DNA of 64,000 nucleotides from Candidatus Hydrothermales bacterium (GTDB lineage Bacteria; Hydrothermota; Hydrothermia; Hydrothermales; JAJRUZ01). Of this stretch, positions 1 through 9,863 are shown one piece after another (positions within the stretch are counted from its first letter, which is position 1; each line of letters opens with the position of its first letter). The notes below the pieces were generated by a model. That model ran no database searches and was not told where the DNA came from. It was given only the letters and a program-made list of their open reading frames with translations. The DNA lies in the NCBI GenBank assembly GCA_039630575.1, contig JBCNUW010000005.1, positions 23,949 to 87,948 of the forward strand, written 5' to 3'. Position numbers and translations under genes: made by a program.

Positions 1-822
1 TGGTGCCCTTATTTTTATATAAAACCTTTCACCCTCAAGTCTTTTTTTCTCAAGAATATAAAAATCATCTATCTTTTTTGTTTCATACTCTTTTGCCTTT
101 ATTTCAAACTCGTAAATGTCCTCCTTTTTCACTAAATCCTTTAACCCTTTTGGGGTATCACAAGCGAAAATCTCTCCCTTGTTTATAATCGCTATTCTAT
201 CACAAAGTTCTTCAGCTTCATACATGTTATGAGTTGTAAGTAAAATTGTTTTGCCTTCTTTCTCCTTCACCCACCTTTTTATAAATTTTCTTACATTTAT
301 ACTTGACTCAACATCTAAACCCATTGTCGGTTCGTCAAGAAAAATGCAGTCAGGATTGTTGATAAAACCCCTTGCTATGTTCATCCTTTGTCTTAATCCT
401 GTTGAGAGTCTTGATACCCTTTTTTGAAGATGTGGCCCTAAATCAAGAAGATCTGAAAGTTCTGATATTCTTTTTCTTGTTTCTTTTAAAGGAAGTCCAT
501 AGAATTGTGAGAATAAATATAGTGTTTCTTGAACAGTTAAAATCCCGTAACCCACTTCTTCCCCCCCAGATACCATGTTTATTCTCTTTCTGATTTCTCT
601 ATATTCTTTTTCTACATCATATCCTAAAACATAAGCCTTTCCTGAAGTTGGCAAAAGTAAAGTTGTTAGAATTCTTATGAGAGTTGTTTTGCCTGCTCCA
701 TTGGGTCCTAAAAGTCCAAAAATTTCCCCTTCATTAACTTTTATTGATACTCCGTTTAGGGCACATATTTTCCCATAAAATCTTTTTAAATCAACTGTTT
801 TTATAGGATAATCTATTCCCAT
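1..822 (-). CDS. ABC transporter ATP-binding protein (drug-exporter type), runs off window start
   Basis: Not in ORF track. Manual translation from ATG at 822 gives MGIDYPIKTVDLKRFYGKICALNGVSIKVNEGEIFGLLGPNGAGKTTLIRIL (Walker A), later FLDEPTMGLD and LTTHNMYEAEELCDRIAII. Positions 1-60 are still open in the same frame. Confidence 0.9.
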   Translation of the reverse strand, partial: MGIDYPIKTVDLKRFYGKICALNGVSIKVNEGEIFGLLGPNGAGKTTLIRILTTLLLPTSGKAYVLGYDVEKEYREIRKRINMVSGGEEVGYGILTVQETLYLFSQFYGLPLKETRKRISELSDLLDLGPHLQKRVSRLSTGLRQRMNIARGFINNPDCIFLDEPTMGLDVESSINVRKFIKRWVKEKEGKTILLTTHNMYEAEELCDRIAIINKGEIFACDTPKGLKDLVKKEDIYEFEIKAKEYETKKIDDFYILEKKRLEGERFYIKIRAP

Positions 823-1844
823 ATACCTTTTATCTCTGCTTTGCATCTTATACATTTCCCATCTTTTATTTTATTTTCAATAACAAAAAACATGTCCCTT
901 TTTATTAATAGCTCATTACATTCTGGACAATAGGTACTTTCAAGTTCTGGAAATCCAAAAAGATTTCCACCATAGACAAACTTTAAGCCTTCCGTTAATC
1001 CTATCTCTCTTGCTCTTATAATTTTTCTTACCTCTGTCTTTTTTCTATCTCTCATTTTATAATCTGGATGAAAGGCTGTTATGTGCCACGGTATGTAAGG
1101 TGACAGGCTCTTTATGAATTTTGCCATTTCCTTTAATTCATCCTCAGAATCGTTATAATTTGGGACTAAGAGTGTGACTATTTCAAGCCATAAACCCTTT
1201 TTAAATACTTTTTCAATTCCTTCAAGCACAAATTTTAATTTTCCCCCCAAAATTCTATAATTTTCTTCTTTAAAACTTTTTAAATCAATTTTATAAGTAT
1301 CTAAATAACCTTCAAGATAGTCTAAAACTTCATCAGTTAGATATCCGTTAGAAACATAACCTGTTTTAAGTCCCTTCTCTTTTGCTAATTTAAAAATTTC
1401 TTTCGCCCATTCGGTTGTTATTAATGGCTCATTATAAGAAGATATTATACTTTTTGACCCTTTCTTAAAAGCAATTTCCACTATATCTGAAGGGTCAATT
1501 TCTTCATAATAAATTATTGAGTTTTTATCTTTGAAAGTTTGTGAAGTTATCCAGTTTTGACAGTATGGACAATGAAAATCACAACCAAGCATTCCAAAAG
1601 TTAAAGCGTAGCTACCAGGCAAAAAATGAAAAAAAGGTTTTTTCTCTATAGGGTCATTATTTAGACCAGATACATAATTAAAGGGAACATAAAGTTTTCC
1701 ATTTATATTAAATCTAACCTTACAGATACCTCTTTTACCCTCAAAAATTACACATCTATGTGCACAGGCTAAACACTTCACCTTTTTTCCATCTAAAATT
1801 TTGTATAGCTCTCCCTCTTTTACAAATTTATCTATTTCTATCAT
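813..1844 (-). CDS. amrS: AmmeMemoRadiSam-type radical SAM enzyme
   Basis: CxxC..C N-terminus, DPIEKKP motif, radical SAM CDFHCPYC, YNEP, C-terminal CPEC..CIRC. ATG at 1844 preferred over TTG at 1859. Confidence 0.85.
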   Translation of the reverse strand: MIEIDKFVKEGELYKILDGKKVKCLACAHRCVIFEGKRGICKVRFNINGKLYVPFNYVSGLNNDPIEKKPFFHFLPGSYALTFGMLGCDFHCPYCQNWITSQTFKDKNSIIYYEEIDPSDIVEIAFKKGSKSIISSYNEPLITTEWAKEIFKLAKEKGLKTGYVSNGYLTDEVLDYLEGYLDTYKIDLKSFKEENYRILGGKLKFVLEGIEKVFKKGLWLEIVTLLVPNYNDSEDELKEMAKFIKSLSPYIPWHITAFHPDYKMRDRKKTEVRKIIRAREIGLTEGLKFVYGGNLFGFPELESTYCPECNELLIKRDMFFVIENKIKDGKCIRCKAEIKGIWE

Positions 1845-1864
1845 TTTGTTCTTTGTCAATTTAT

Positions 1865-1875
1865 GGGGTTGAACC
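1865..1875 (-). promoter_or_regulatory. T-loop-like leader motif GGTTCAACCCC, 20 nt before amrS ATG
   Basis: Matches recurrent GGTTCWANNCC motif; no SD before the ATG. Confidence 0.6.
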
Positions 1876-1944
1876 CTTTAAGTTTTATCTAAAGTATGCT
1901 ACTTTAAAAGGTTAAACGGTTTATTATATAATACTTTCTTATTT

Positions 1945-1955
1945 GGTTCTATTCC
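1945..1955 (+). promoter_or_regulatory. T-loop-like leader motif GGTTCTATTCC, 19 nt before ATG 1975
   Basis: TGG-TTCTATT-CCA mini-hairpin downstream of TATAAT (1927-1932); no SD. Confidence 0.65.
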
Positions 1956-1974
1956 ACAAAAAATTCTTTAAAAA

Positions 1975-2457
1975 ATGAAAGTATTCGGAATTAAATATAG
2001 GAAAAAAGATTTTGAATTTGAGGTGTATGGTGATAGAGAGTTTGTTGAAAAAAAGTTCAGCGAACTTTATAAAACTTTTGTTGAAAAGAGGGAAACATAT
2101 CTTGCAAAGGAATTCATTAAATTAAAGAAGCCTCTTGAAGGGATGTTTGAGATTGATTCAGAAAAGGTCAAATCTTTCTTTAAAAATTATACAGCTAAAA
2201 ATAATACACAAAGGATTATTCTTTCTGCAAAGTTCATTTATGAAGTTCTTCAAAAAAAATCTTTCTCTTTATTTGATATTAGGAATATCTATAAGATTAT
2301 GAAATGGAAAATATCAAGAAATCCGTCAACCTTTATACAAAAATTTAAAAGGAAAAAATTTTTATATGTTTTGCCTCAAAAAAAGGGAGGCAGACCAATT
2401 TATGCACTTACAGAGAGCGGTTTAAGATTCGCTGATCAGTTTAAAAAAGTATCCTAA
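1975..2457 (+). CDS. hypothetical protein, possible C-terminal winged-helix domain
   Basis: 160-aa ORF; C-terminal GGRPIYALTESG resembles a wHTH wing. Confidence 0.6.
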   Translation: MKVFGIKYRKKDFEFEVYGDREFVEKKFSELYKTFVEKRETYLAKEFIKLKKPLEGMFEIDSEKVKSFFKNYTAKNNTQRIILSAKFIYEVLQKKSFSLFDIRNIYKIMKWKISRNPSTFIQKFKRKKFLYVLPQKKGGRPIYALTESGLRFADQFKKVS

Positions 2458-2459
2458 AT

Positions 2460-3473
2460 ATGATTAATATCGATGGTTCATACAAGGAAGGTGGCGGTCA
2501 AATTTTAAGAATCTCTATCTTCTTATCACTCTTAACTAATAAACCCTTTTATATATACAATATAAGAAAGGGAAGACCTAATCCAGGTCTTAAAAATCAG
2601 CATTTACACATATTAAAATGCATAAAGGAAATATCAGAATCTAAAGTCGAGGGAGATAGGTTAAATTCCTTGGAGGTAAGATTTTTTCCAGGTAAAGTTA
2701 AAGGTGGAAAAGTAAAAATTGATTTTCAGACTGCAGGTTCAATTCCATTGTTTTTACAGACAATATTTCCCGTTTCTCTTTTATCTATAAATCCAATATA
2801 TCTTGAATTGGTTGGTGGCACTGATGTTCCAGGGGGACCTGTTTTTGATTACTTTAGATATTTTGTTTTAGATATTTTCGATAATCTTTTAAAAGAAAAA
2901 TATTTTTCAGTATTAAAAAGAGGTTACTACCCAAAGGGTGGAGGGATAGTAAAAATTAAATTACATGGAAAACTTGACAGAATTAATCTTGAGTTTGGGA
3001 ATGGAGAGCTTGTTAAAATTAAGGGATTTTTATCAGGATCAAAATTGTTGGAGGATAGGAAAGTTCTTGAGAGGATGAAAGATGCTTTTTGTAAAAAGGT
3101 TAAGTCAATAAATGATAATTTTGAATTTGAACTAAATTACGAGGATTCTCCCTCACCAGGTTGTAGCTTTTTAGTTATTGGAATTTTTAAAGGAAGGAGA
3201 AAACTTGCTGCTGATATTTTGGGCAAAAGAGGAACGCCTGCTGAGGCACTTGGTGAAGAGCTTGCAGATAAATTTGTTCTTTTTTTAAAAAGGGGTGATT
3301 CTCCAGATCCACATCTTGCCGATCATCTTGTTCCTTTTTTTGCTCTTTATGGTGGTGAAGTTTATCAAAGAGAACCCACAGATCATTTTGAAACAGCAAT
3401 TTGGACAACGAAGCATTTTTTAGACTTTAAAGTTGAAAGAAAAGAAAATATTTATAGATTTATTCCACTTTAA
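2460..3473 (+). CDS. rtcA: RNA 3'-terminal phosphate cyclase
   Basis: IDGSYKEGGGQILR, RKGRPNPGLKNQH, TAGSIPL, GGTDVP, RGYYPKGGG, DPHLADHL. Confidence 0.9.
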   Translation: MINIDGSYKEGGGQILRISIFLSLLTNKPFYIYNIRKGRPNPGLKNQHLHILKCIKEISESKVEGDRLNSLEVRFFPGKVKGGKVKIDFQTAGSIPLFLQTIFPVSLLSINPIYLELVGGTDVPGGPVFDYFRYFVLDIFDNLLKEKYFSVLKRGYYPKGGGIVKIKLHGKLDRINLEFGNGELVKIKGFLSGSKLLEDRKVLERMKDAFCKKVKSINDNFEFELNYEDSPSPGCSFLVIGIFKGRRKLAADILGKRGTPAEALGEELADKFVLFLKRGDSPDPHLADHLVPFFALYGGEVYQREPTDHFETAIWTTKHFLDFKVERKENIYRFIPL

Positions 3474-4107
3474 CAAGTTCCCCCTTTTGTAAGTAAAAAA
3501 TTTTTTTACTTTTTTTAAAAATTTCAGAGTTACTGTGACTTGATATAAAGATAATTTTTTTATCTATATTTTCCAATATATAATTTTCGAGTATTTTAAC
3601 TCCTTTTCTATCAAGTGAATTGAAGGGTTCATCTAGATACAGAAAAACAGGATCGTGTAAAAGTGATTTTATCAATGAAATTCTCTGAATCTGGCCTCTT
3701 GAAAGTTCCTTCACTTTCTTATTTAAATAATCTTTTGTTTCAAAAATTTCTGAAAGTTCGAAAATTCTCTCCTTTTTAACATTATAAAATTTTGAGGAAA
3801 ACTCAAGGTTCTCATAACTAGTTAAATCTGGATATAAAAGAGGATTATGGGAAATAAATCCTATATACTTTAGAAATTTTTCAGTTTTGTTATTAACTTT
3901 TTCACCATCATAAAAAATTTCCCCTTCAGATGGAAAAAGAATGAAGGAAAGTATTTTAAAAAGTGTTGTTTTTCCTGCACCGTTGTCACCAATAAAAAGA
4001 TAAAGGCCTTTTTCTTTTATTTCAAAACTTATATTTTTTAAAGCATAGTTTTTTTTAAAGATTTTCTTTAAGTTTATTACTCGGATACTACTTCCCTTTT
4101 GAGCCAT
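3460..4107 (-). CDS. ABC ATP-binding protein, CcmA-like
   Basis: GDNGAGKTT, LSRGQIQR, YLDEPF; IGFISHNPLLYPDLTSYENL is typical of CcmA-like ATPases. Confidence 0.8.
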   Translation of the reverse strand: MAQKGSSIRVINLKKIFKKNYALKNISFEIKEKGLYLFIGDNGAGKTTLFKILSFILFPSEGEIFYDGEKVNNKTEKFLKYIGFISHNPLLYPDLTSYENLEFSSKFYNVKKERIFELSEIFETKDYLNKKVKELSRGQIQRISLIKSLLHDPVFLYLDEPFNSLDRKGVKILENYILENIDKKIIFISSHSNSEIFKKSKKIFYLQKGELVKVE

Positions 4108-4946
4108 CTTTTTCTAATTAAGGCTAAGAAAATGATTAATAAAACTATAAAAATTAAAGGTGGAATAAATTCTTTAAACTTCCTTGCTTCTTTTAATTTT
4201 ATTTCAAAGGAAAAAAAATCACCACTTTTCAAATTTTTGAAAGAATAGAGAAGGAAGTTGCCCTGTGTTGTGTTTATGTTTGTCTTTTCAAATTGACTTT
4301 TTGTTTTTAATTCGATCTCAGGGGGCATCATCACGAGTAATTCATTAACTGGGGTTGGCATTTTTCTTTCGTATTTTACCTTACCTAACGGAATGTGATA
4401 AAGTATTGAAATTGTCTTTAGACCTGGTTTAAAACCATCGGTATACAAAAAGGTATCTCCTTTAATCTTTAACTCAAATGGTAAAATCCCTTGAAGGGAC
4501 AGTATATGTGTTGCCTTATCAGGCATATTTAACTCAAAAGTTTTTTTTACTAACTTATCTGAAGTATTAAAAAAATTGTAAACTTCTACAACCTGTATTA
4601 TTCCTTGCATTAAAACAAAGGCAATATGTGCCCTATTTAGGACTATTTTATCACTTTTAGAGGTTGTATCGTATACTGATAATTTGATATTTTCAACATT
4701 CTCAAACAGAGGATCAGTTCTATAGCTTATACCTTGGAAGTTAGTTTTTAAAAGATAAATTCCCTTTTTATCTGTTTCTACAACAAATTTTCCGTTCGGA
4801 TCTGTTTTAAGTTTAAGAGAATCAACTGGAGTAAGGTTTGAGTCAAGTTCAACAAGAGTAAAAGTGTAATTTTTTAAAGGTATACTGTCTTTTAAAAGGA
4901 TTTGACCTTTAAAGGTTAGGGAAAAAATTAAAATGGATATTTTCAT
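4077..4946 (-). CDS. exported protein with carboxypeptidase-regulatory-like beta domain and C-terminal TM helix
   Basis: Hydrophobic N-terminus, TDPNGKF motif, C-terminal TM followed by basic residues. Confidence 0.6.
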   Translation of the reverse strand: MKISILIFSLTFKGQILLKDSIPLKNYTFTLVELDSNLTPVDSLKLKTDPNGKFVVETDKKGIYLLKTNFQGISYRTDPLFENVENIKLSVYDTTSKSDKIVLNRAHIAFVLMQGIIQVVEVYNFFNTSDKLVKKTFELNMPDKATHILSLQGILPFELKIKGDTFLYTDGFKPGLKTISILYHIPLGKVKYERKMPTPVNELLVMMPPEIELKTKSQFEKTNINTTQGNFLLYSFKNLKSGDFFSFEIKLKEARKFKEFIPPLIFIVLLIIFLALIRKRWLKREVVSE

Positions 4947-4968
4947 AGTTTATGATAATTTATTTTCC

Positions 4969-5703
4969 TTATTCTTTCAAGTAGTTTATTATAAAGTTTC
5001 CGAGTTTTTCTATATTTTCTAAACTTATTTTATCCCAAGTATCTTCCACTGTATGCCAAAAGGGGTAATCAAAGTCAATAAGAAGTATAACTTTCTTATT
5101 CGATTCAAGTAAAGGCAGGTGGTCATCTAATATGTAGTATTTTAACTTTTTAATAAAAAAATTCATTTTCTTTTTCTCAGCATAGCTGAAAATTGAATAT
5201 GTGAGATCAGGAGCAAATCTCAAAGAGTAACCTTCTATAAAGATTTCAAGGTTTTTATCACCAATCATATCAAAAATTATACCCCATTTGATATCGTAAT
5301 TTTTTTTAGCAAAGTGTTTTGATCCGTAAAGTGGCGGTGTTTCTCCGAAATCTTCTCCATCAAAGAATACAAAGAGTAAGTTTTTGTTTAAATCTCTAAG
5401 TTTTTTTGCTAAGTATAAAAGCAAAATTACTCCTGAACCAGAATCGTTTGCCCCTTCAATACCTGGTTTTGTGTCATAATGAGTACCCAAAAGAATAAAA
5501 TTATTTTTTCCTTTTTTAAAAATCAAATTATAAAATTTGAAATTATCTTCAAAGAAAGAATCAATTTCACAAAGGTAGCCCATCTCTTTATACTCCCTGA
5601 AAAGAAATTCTCTTAGTTTTTTATGACTCTCTGTTCCAGGGACTCTCGGACCTATTGAAATTAGAAAATTCATATAAAAAAAAAGAATTGTATCCTTTAC
5701 CAT
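4969..5703 (-). CDS. M28 family peptidase / glutaminyl cyclase-like
   Basis: THYDT, GANDSGSGV, DGED, DMIGD, DDHLP, WHTVEDT Zn-ligand motifs. Confidence 0.85.
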   Translation of the reverse strand: MVKDTILFFYMNFLISIGPRVPGTESHKKLREFLFREYKEMGYLCEIDSFFEDNFKFYNLIFKKGKNNFILLGTHYDTKPGIEGANDSGSGVILLLYLAKKLRDLNKNLLFVFFDGEDFGETPPLYGSKHFAKKNYDIKWGIIFDMIGDKNLEIFIEGYSLRFAPDLTYSIFSYAEKKKMNFFIKKLKYYILDDHLPLLESNKKVILLIDFDYPFWHTVEDTWDKISLENIEKLGNFIINYLKE

Positions 5704-7523
5704 CAGAACATATGAAGAGGCATCGTACTAATATCGATACCAACACAGAATACACCCCTTTGTGGAGGAATTATAACCCACCTTTCCTTGATTACTAATT
5801 TGTCAATTTTCCTTTTTGCCTTTAGATCAAATAAAAAGGCTTCCTTTGGTTTTTCTCTAAAGAGTAATTTGATGTTATCATTTTCTTGTGAGTATAGATA
5901 AATGAAAAGTATATTTTCACTTAAATTTAAAGATAAAAAGTTAACGTTATCGTTTTTTAATTCAAAAAGTGACTTTAAGTCCTTTTTAAGTGTCCCCTTA
6001 AATAAAATTGGCTTATATCTAAATTTCAAAAATTCCTTAACTGTAAACTCTGAAATCTTTTTGATCTCTAATTCAACATTTTTATTAAAGACTAGTTTTA
6101 TTTTACCATTTAACCTTTTTAGAATTGTTCCAGGAATTGTTCTTAGGAGGTATTTTTTTTCTCCCTCTATAACTAAAAAACCTGAATAGACCTTTTCTGT
6201 AGTTAGCTCCTCTTTCATAAATGAAGAAAAGGTGTAAACTTTAAGGTTTTTTTCATTTCCTATTATAATTTCACAATTCTTTATGTTGAAAAGTTTCCCC
6301 TTTATTAAAAAACTTTCATCATGAGGTAAAAGGGATATTGAAAATAAAAAAATTTTTTTGTCCCATTTCAGTTTAGAATATGTCTTAATGAAGTTTTCCT
6401 TGTAAATTTCTTCTTCATAAATTCCGCCTTTCATTTCACCCTTTTCTCCAATTAACTTTGGGTAAATAAGTAGATCATAGAATTTCAAGCTACCTCTTTC
6501 ATAAATTTTGAAATCCACCTCACTTAATTCTGATTTTTCTTCTTTAAGTTCTGAAAAACTAAGGCTTTCTACCTCTGTTTTAAAGAGTTTGTTCTTTATG
6601 ATCCTATAGTATTCTGTTTTAAAGGGTAAAGAATTAAAAATAAAGTAGCTTTCTTTTTCATCAATAAGATCTTCTGTAATTTTCTTGCTGTAAAACTTTA
6701 ATTCCTTAATTTCTTCTTTTATTAATTCTATATTTTCTGTGTTGAAAAGTTTTAAGAAATTTTTAGTCTTTTCCTTAATAAAGTAATCTGAAAGAGTAAC
6801 TTTGTGAACTTTAAGAATTGTATTTAAAACGCTACATTTAAAAATTAATTCCTCAAGTTTTTTGAAGTAAAGGAAATTTTTTTTAATTTTTAGATCTGAA
6901 TTAAATTCAAGGGGTTCCCCCTTTTCAGGAACAGTTGATATTATTTCCTCAAGTGAGAAGACGTTGTTTTTTATTTCATCTTTTTGAGGAAAAGATTCTA
7001 TGAATACAGTTTTTGAGTCAAAAGAAACGTTCATTATTTTAATTTCATTTTCAGTGTCTTTTGTTATAATGATGTGTTTTTTTAATGGAATTTTTGAAAG
7101 TACAAGGTCTATCTCAAAACCTTTTATAAGGTAATAAAATCCACTTGGCAGTTTACTTATTAGTGGTATGTAAAGAATTTTTTCTCCTGAAAAATTTTCC
7201 TTTAGTTCATCGTAAACAATTTTAAAATTTGTAATAAGTGAGTGAGCTTCAAGAATATTTAAGGGAATAAAATAATAAAGGGGGTTAATTCCAATTTTTT
7301 TTAGTCTAAGAAGTAAGTTAATTTTTAACTCTTCAGAACTATTTTCTTTATAAAATCTTAGAAAGAAAGAGGCACTAGATCCTGTGTGGATGTATCTTAT
7401 ATTTCCTTTTTCCATTTCTTGAAGTATTTTTTCAAATTTAACTCTCCATTCTGGATAGCTTAGATTGAAGTTTCTCTCATAATCTGTTTCTAAAACATTC
7501 ACAAAAATTTTTTCCTCTTTCAT
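5703..7523 (-). CDS. hypothetical protein, possibly degenerate GH38-like fold
   Basis: 606-aa ORF coupled to cheR. C-terminus (NVNFLSLNLSENILFIYLYS...PKEAFLFDL) weakly resembles the GH38 C-terminal domain. Confidence 0.5.
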   Translation of the reverse strand: MKEEKIFVNVLETDYERNFNLSYPEWRVKFEKILQEMEKGNIRYIHTGSSASFFLRFYKENSSEELKINLLLRLKKIGINPLYYFIPLNILEAHSLITNFKIVYDELKENFSGEKILYIPLISKLPSGFYYLIKGFEIDLVLSKIPLKKHIIITKDTENEIKIMNVSFDSKTVFIESFPQKDEIKNNVFSLEEIISTVPEKGEPLEFNSDLKIKKNFLYFKKLEELIFKCSVLNTILKVHKVTLSDYFIKEKTKNFLKLFNTENIELIKEEIKELKFYSKKITEDLIDEKESYFIFNSLPFKTEYYRIIKNKLFKTEVESLSFSELKEEKSELSEVDFKIYERGSLKFYDLLIYPKLIGEKGEMKGGIYEEEIYKENFIKTYSKLKWDKKIFLFSISLLPHDESFLIKGKLFNIKNCEIIIGNEKNLKVYTFSSFMKEELTTEKVYSGFLVIEGEKKYLLRTIPGTILKRLNGKIKLVFNKNVELEIKKISEFTVKEFLKFRYKPILFKGTLKKDLKSLFELKNDNVNFLSLNLSENILFIYLYSQENDNIKLLFREKPKEAFLFDLKAKRKIDKLVIKERWVIIPPQRGVFCVGIDISTMPLHMF

Positions 7524-8290
7524 ATTTTTTTAAGTATTCTCTCTGTTTTAGATACATATTCAAATTTATCTAAAAATTCAAAAGGTAAGAACTCAGTTTT
7601 ACCAAGAACAAGGAAACCATCCCTTTTTAGACTTGAGTAAAGATTTTCAAAAATTACTCTCTGTTTTTCTTTTATGAAATAAATTATCACATTTCTGCAT
7701 AGGACGAGATCGAAGTTTAAAAGGGGTGGCTTTTTTGTTATATCATGAAAAAAGAAAGTTATGTTTTTTTTAAGATCCTCTGATATTTTAAAATTCCCCT
7801 CAATTTTTACAAAGTATTTATTTTTTAACTCTATGGGTGTTTCGATAAATTTATCTGGTCCGTATATTCCTTCTTTGGCTTTTTCAAGTACCTCATTATC
7901 GATATCAGTAGCGTAGATTTTATAAGTTTCAATTCCTTCTTCTTTTAAAAGTATTGCTATAGAGTAAGGTTCCTCTCCAGATGCGCAGCCTGCACTCCAT
8001 ATGTAAACCCTTTCCTTAATTTTTAGATGAGGAAAAACTATATTTTTTATCTGTTCAAAGGTGCTTTTATTCCTGAAAAAATATGATACATTGATTCCTA
8101 TTTCATCGATAAATTTTTTCCTTTCTTCTATATCAATTTCAAGTTTTTCTATATAAGAATTAAAGTTAGTTAGATTATTCTTTCTCATTCTTGCTCTTAT
8201 TCTTCTTTCTAGGTAGTTATCTCTGTAATATGAAAGGTCGATGCCTGTTTTTTCTAAAATTAATTCTTTAATTGCCTTTAAGTTATACAT
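7520..8290 (-). CDS. cheR: protein-glutamate O-methyltransferase CheR
   Basis: INVSYFFR, IWSAGCASGEEPYS, ATDID, FDLVLCRNVIIYF, LVLGKTE. Confidence 0.93.
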   Translation of the reverse strand: MYNLKAIKELILEKTGIDLSYYRDNYLERRIRARMRKNNLTNFNSYIEKLEIDIEERKKFIDEIGINVSYFFRNKSTFEQIKNIVFPHLKIKERVYIWSAGCASGEEPYSIAILLKEEGIETYKIYATDIDNEVLEKAKEGIYGPDKFIETPIELKNKYFVKIEGNFKISEDLKKNITFFFHDITKKPPLLNFDLVLCRNVIIYFIKEKQRVIFENLYSSLKRDGFLVLGKTEFLPFEFLDKFEYVSKTERILKKI

Positions 8291-9863
8291 CTACAGTTTT
8301 TTTAATGATTTCTAAGTTTCTTTTTGCTACTTTATTTTCCGGATCAATTTTTAACAAATCTTCAAAGTACTTTGTAGCAGTTTTGTGTTTACCCTCCCTT
8401 AGGTAGATGTTACCGAGTCTAAGGAATGCTTCTTTGTTTTGTTTGTCGATTGATATTATTTGGGTGTAAAGAGTTTTACTCTCATCGTATCTTCCCTTTT
8501 CGTATAAAAGGTCAGCCAGAGCAAGTTTGTACTTAACATTTGATGGTGAAAGTTTGATAGCATTTCTTAGATAATCTTCGGCTTCTTTGAACTTCTTTAA
8601 GGACCTGTATGAGATCCCTAAACCGTAGTTAACCTCTGGGTTTTTAGGATCATAACCTTTTACGATTGATAGTATTTCGATTACTTGAAGATACTTTTTT
8701 TCGTTGTAAAGCTTTTGTGCTAACATAATATAGGGTGTCTTTAGAAAAGACTTTTCCCTCATTAAAGCTTTAATTATTTCTTCTGACTTTGTTTTTTTGT
8801 TTATTTTGTCAAAGTAAATAGCTTTGTTTAGCAAAAATCTTTCATCTACAAATCCCAATTTATCAATTTCATTTAAAATTTTTTCAGCTTCTTCAAGGTT
8901 ATCTGTTTCAAGGTATATATAAAAGAGATTATTCATAATTTTTGGGTTTGAAGGGTCTCTCTTTTTAGCTTCCATTAGAAACTCTATTGCCTTTTGAAAT
9001 TCCTTTTTGTAAATTGAAAGAAGTCCTAGATAGAAAAAACCATCGGCTTTGTCAGGTATAAGTTCATTTAATCTTTTAAATTCCCTTTCTGCTTCTTCGA
9101 AGAGTCCAGTTTTTAAAAAGGCGTATCCTAAGTTAATATGTTCTAAGATTTTTGTTTTTGATATTTCTTCATCCTTTTCTTTTTTTGTAGTTGTATCTAT
9201 AACTCCCTTTAAAAGGAGATTTTTGAAGGTTTCAGCAAGTTCAAAGAGATTTTTCCCTGTTTCCTCAAGCACTTCTTTTACAGTTTTTTTTCCATCTATC
9301 ATTTCAATTATAATTTTTTCATTCTCATCAAAAGGTTTGTATGTTTTATCCTTTAGAATACAAACTTCGTTAAGTGAAGGGATTACTTCTTGAACTTTTT
9401 TCCATTCATCAAAGGTTTTTGCAGATTCTATAAGTAAATAGGAAGGGTCAAGAGAAATTACAGGTTTTTCCTTTGGAAATTCATCCTGTTCAAAGTTAAA
9501 GTATCCATCTGACCATGAGATTGCCTCTGAAACAAATTTTTTTATTTCCTCTTCGTAGGCTTTTTTTATTTCATTTTCAGGAACTCCAAGTTCAAGAAGA
9601 GCAGAGCCAAAGTTTGGTGCTCCCTTTTCAATTAAATTCTTTGCCTTTTGGTGAGTCTCTTCGTCAATTACTCCTTTAGATAAGAGAATTTCTCCTATTT
9701 TTTCTTGTTTATTTATCATTTTTCCGTATATTACTATTCCACCTTTGAAAAAAATCTCAAGAAAGTCCTCTCCGTTTGTTACTGATAGTCTACCAGTTTT
9801 TTTACCCATAACCATCAATTGGACAACATCTGAAAAGGGAATTTCTTTTAGAGAACCCCTCAT
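8283..9863 (-). CDS. DUF4388 (PatA-N) domain + MshEN-like motif + TPR repeat protein
   Basis: MRGSLKEIPFSDVVQLMVMGKKTGRL (DUF4388), KIGEILLSKGVI (MshEN-like), multiple TPRs in the C-terminal half. Confidence 0.8.
   Translation of the reverse strand: MRGSLKEIPFSDVVQLMVMGKKTGRLSVTNGEDFLEIFFKGGIVIYGKMINKQEKIGEILLSKGVIDEETHQKAKNLIEKGAPNFGSALLELGVPENEIKKAYEEEIKKFVSEAISWSDGYFNFEQDEFPKEKPVISLDPSYLLIESAKTFDEWKKVQEVIPSLNEVCILKDKTYKPFDENEKIIIEMIDGKKTVKEVLEETGKNLFELAETFKNLLLKGVIDTTTKKEKDEEISKTKILEHINLGYAFLKTGLFEEAEREFKRLNELIPDKADGFFYLGLLSIYKKEFQKAIEFLMEAKKRDPSNPKIMNNLFYIYLETDNLEEAEKILNEIDKLGFVDERFLLNKAIYFDKINKKTKSEEIIKALMREKSFLKTPYIMLAQKLYNEKKYLQVIEILSIVKGYDPKNPEVNYGLGISYRSLKKFKEAEDYLRNAIKLSPSNVKYKLALADLLYEKGRYDESKTLYTQIISIDKQNKEAFLRLGNIYLREGKHKTATKYFEDLLKIDPENKVAKRNLEIIKKTVDV

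Noticed and set aside
2736..2746. GGTTCAATTCC copy inside rtcA
   Set aside because: It encodes the RtcA motif AGSIP mid-gene and no gene start follows. Treated as a coding coincidence and counted as the exception to the motif pattern.
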